From: Takakia lepidozioides
Lineage: Eukaryota > Plantae > Bryophyta
DNA: 64,000 bases
Assembly (NCBI GenBank): GCA_030704615.1
Contig: CM060732.1
Span: 35,836,001 to 35,900,000 of the forward strand
Direction of reading: 5' to 3'
Shown: in pieces, positions 63,413 to 64,000 of the stretch
Layout: each line of letters begins with the position of its first letter
How positions within the stretch are numbered: the first letter of the stretch is position 1
The notes under the pieces: model-generated
Database searches by the model: none
Told to the model about the DNA's origin: nothing
Seen by the model: only the letters and a program-made list of their open reading frames with translations
Position numbers and translations under genes: made by a program

Positions 63413-64000
63413 ATGCATGCTTAGCCTGGCTTAGCTAGCTTAGGAATCCGATTGCAAAATCTTGTATTGTACAAAACGTGCTATAAATGAAATGGCTTCC
63501 AAATGTCGTGCGTCCTATTTTGTTTGGAATGTTGATGCATGGAATGGTTGGCTAGTGTGTAGAATGCATGCTAGCTTATAAAAGTGGGACAGGTAATTGG
63601 GTTAATTGTGTGTTTGCGTAGTGCCGAAATCGGGTGACCCCCATCCGAGGGGCAAGGAAACTTGCGCCTTCTTTGGGAGTTCACGTGCTAGTGCGCACCT
63701 GGCACGTGCGCGTACTATAACTGCACTACCGAGGGGGGTTGCCTTGTAGTGCGGGCTAACGCGAAAGCTACGTGCTTCCGTTCACGTACTATAATCGTGT
63801 AGCCTCGGGACGAAGTCGTAGTGCGGCTTCGGCGTGTTCCCGTACCTCAGGCCAGCATTCTAAGGCGGACCCAATTGTAGTGATTGGGGCGCACGGTTGG
63901 TTCAAGGTTATCTTCCTAGTCAAAGAGGGTTCCAGGTGAACCCTTGCTCAAGGTGATGCCAGAAGCGGCATCATGAGTGATCGCAAGCAATGTTTTTGCA

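Overview
Eukaryotic nuclear DNA with spliceosomal GT-AG introns and one GC-AG intron, most likely from a seed-free land plant such as a bryophyte. This is inferred from a PKA catalytic subunit, an H3.1-type histone with Y41, and plant-type RLK, RH3 and MED21 genes. Host genes occupy 1-37.6 kb: the 3' part of the DEAD-box helicase RH3, a SPARK-domain receptor kinase, a hidden ~73-aa three-exon gene missing from the ORF track, TMEM45/DUF716, MED21, a 12-exon PKA catalytic subunit and an intronless histone H3. Transposons lie between and within these genes: a CRE-like RLE retrotransposon, an RTEX-like LINE in the kinase intron, a hAT element with a palindromic subterminal array, and LTR remnants. 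The last 26 kb is almost all transposon: a full-length Ty1/copia nested in an L1, L1 copies, a Mutator-like and a hAT non-autonomous element, a Helitron remnant and a nearly intact chromovirus. After the chromovirus polypurine tract there is a densely hairpin-forming segment instead of the expected 3' LTR. All gene models and coordinates were read by eye and need RNA-seq or homology confirmation.
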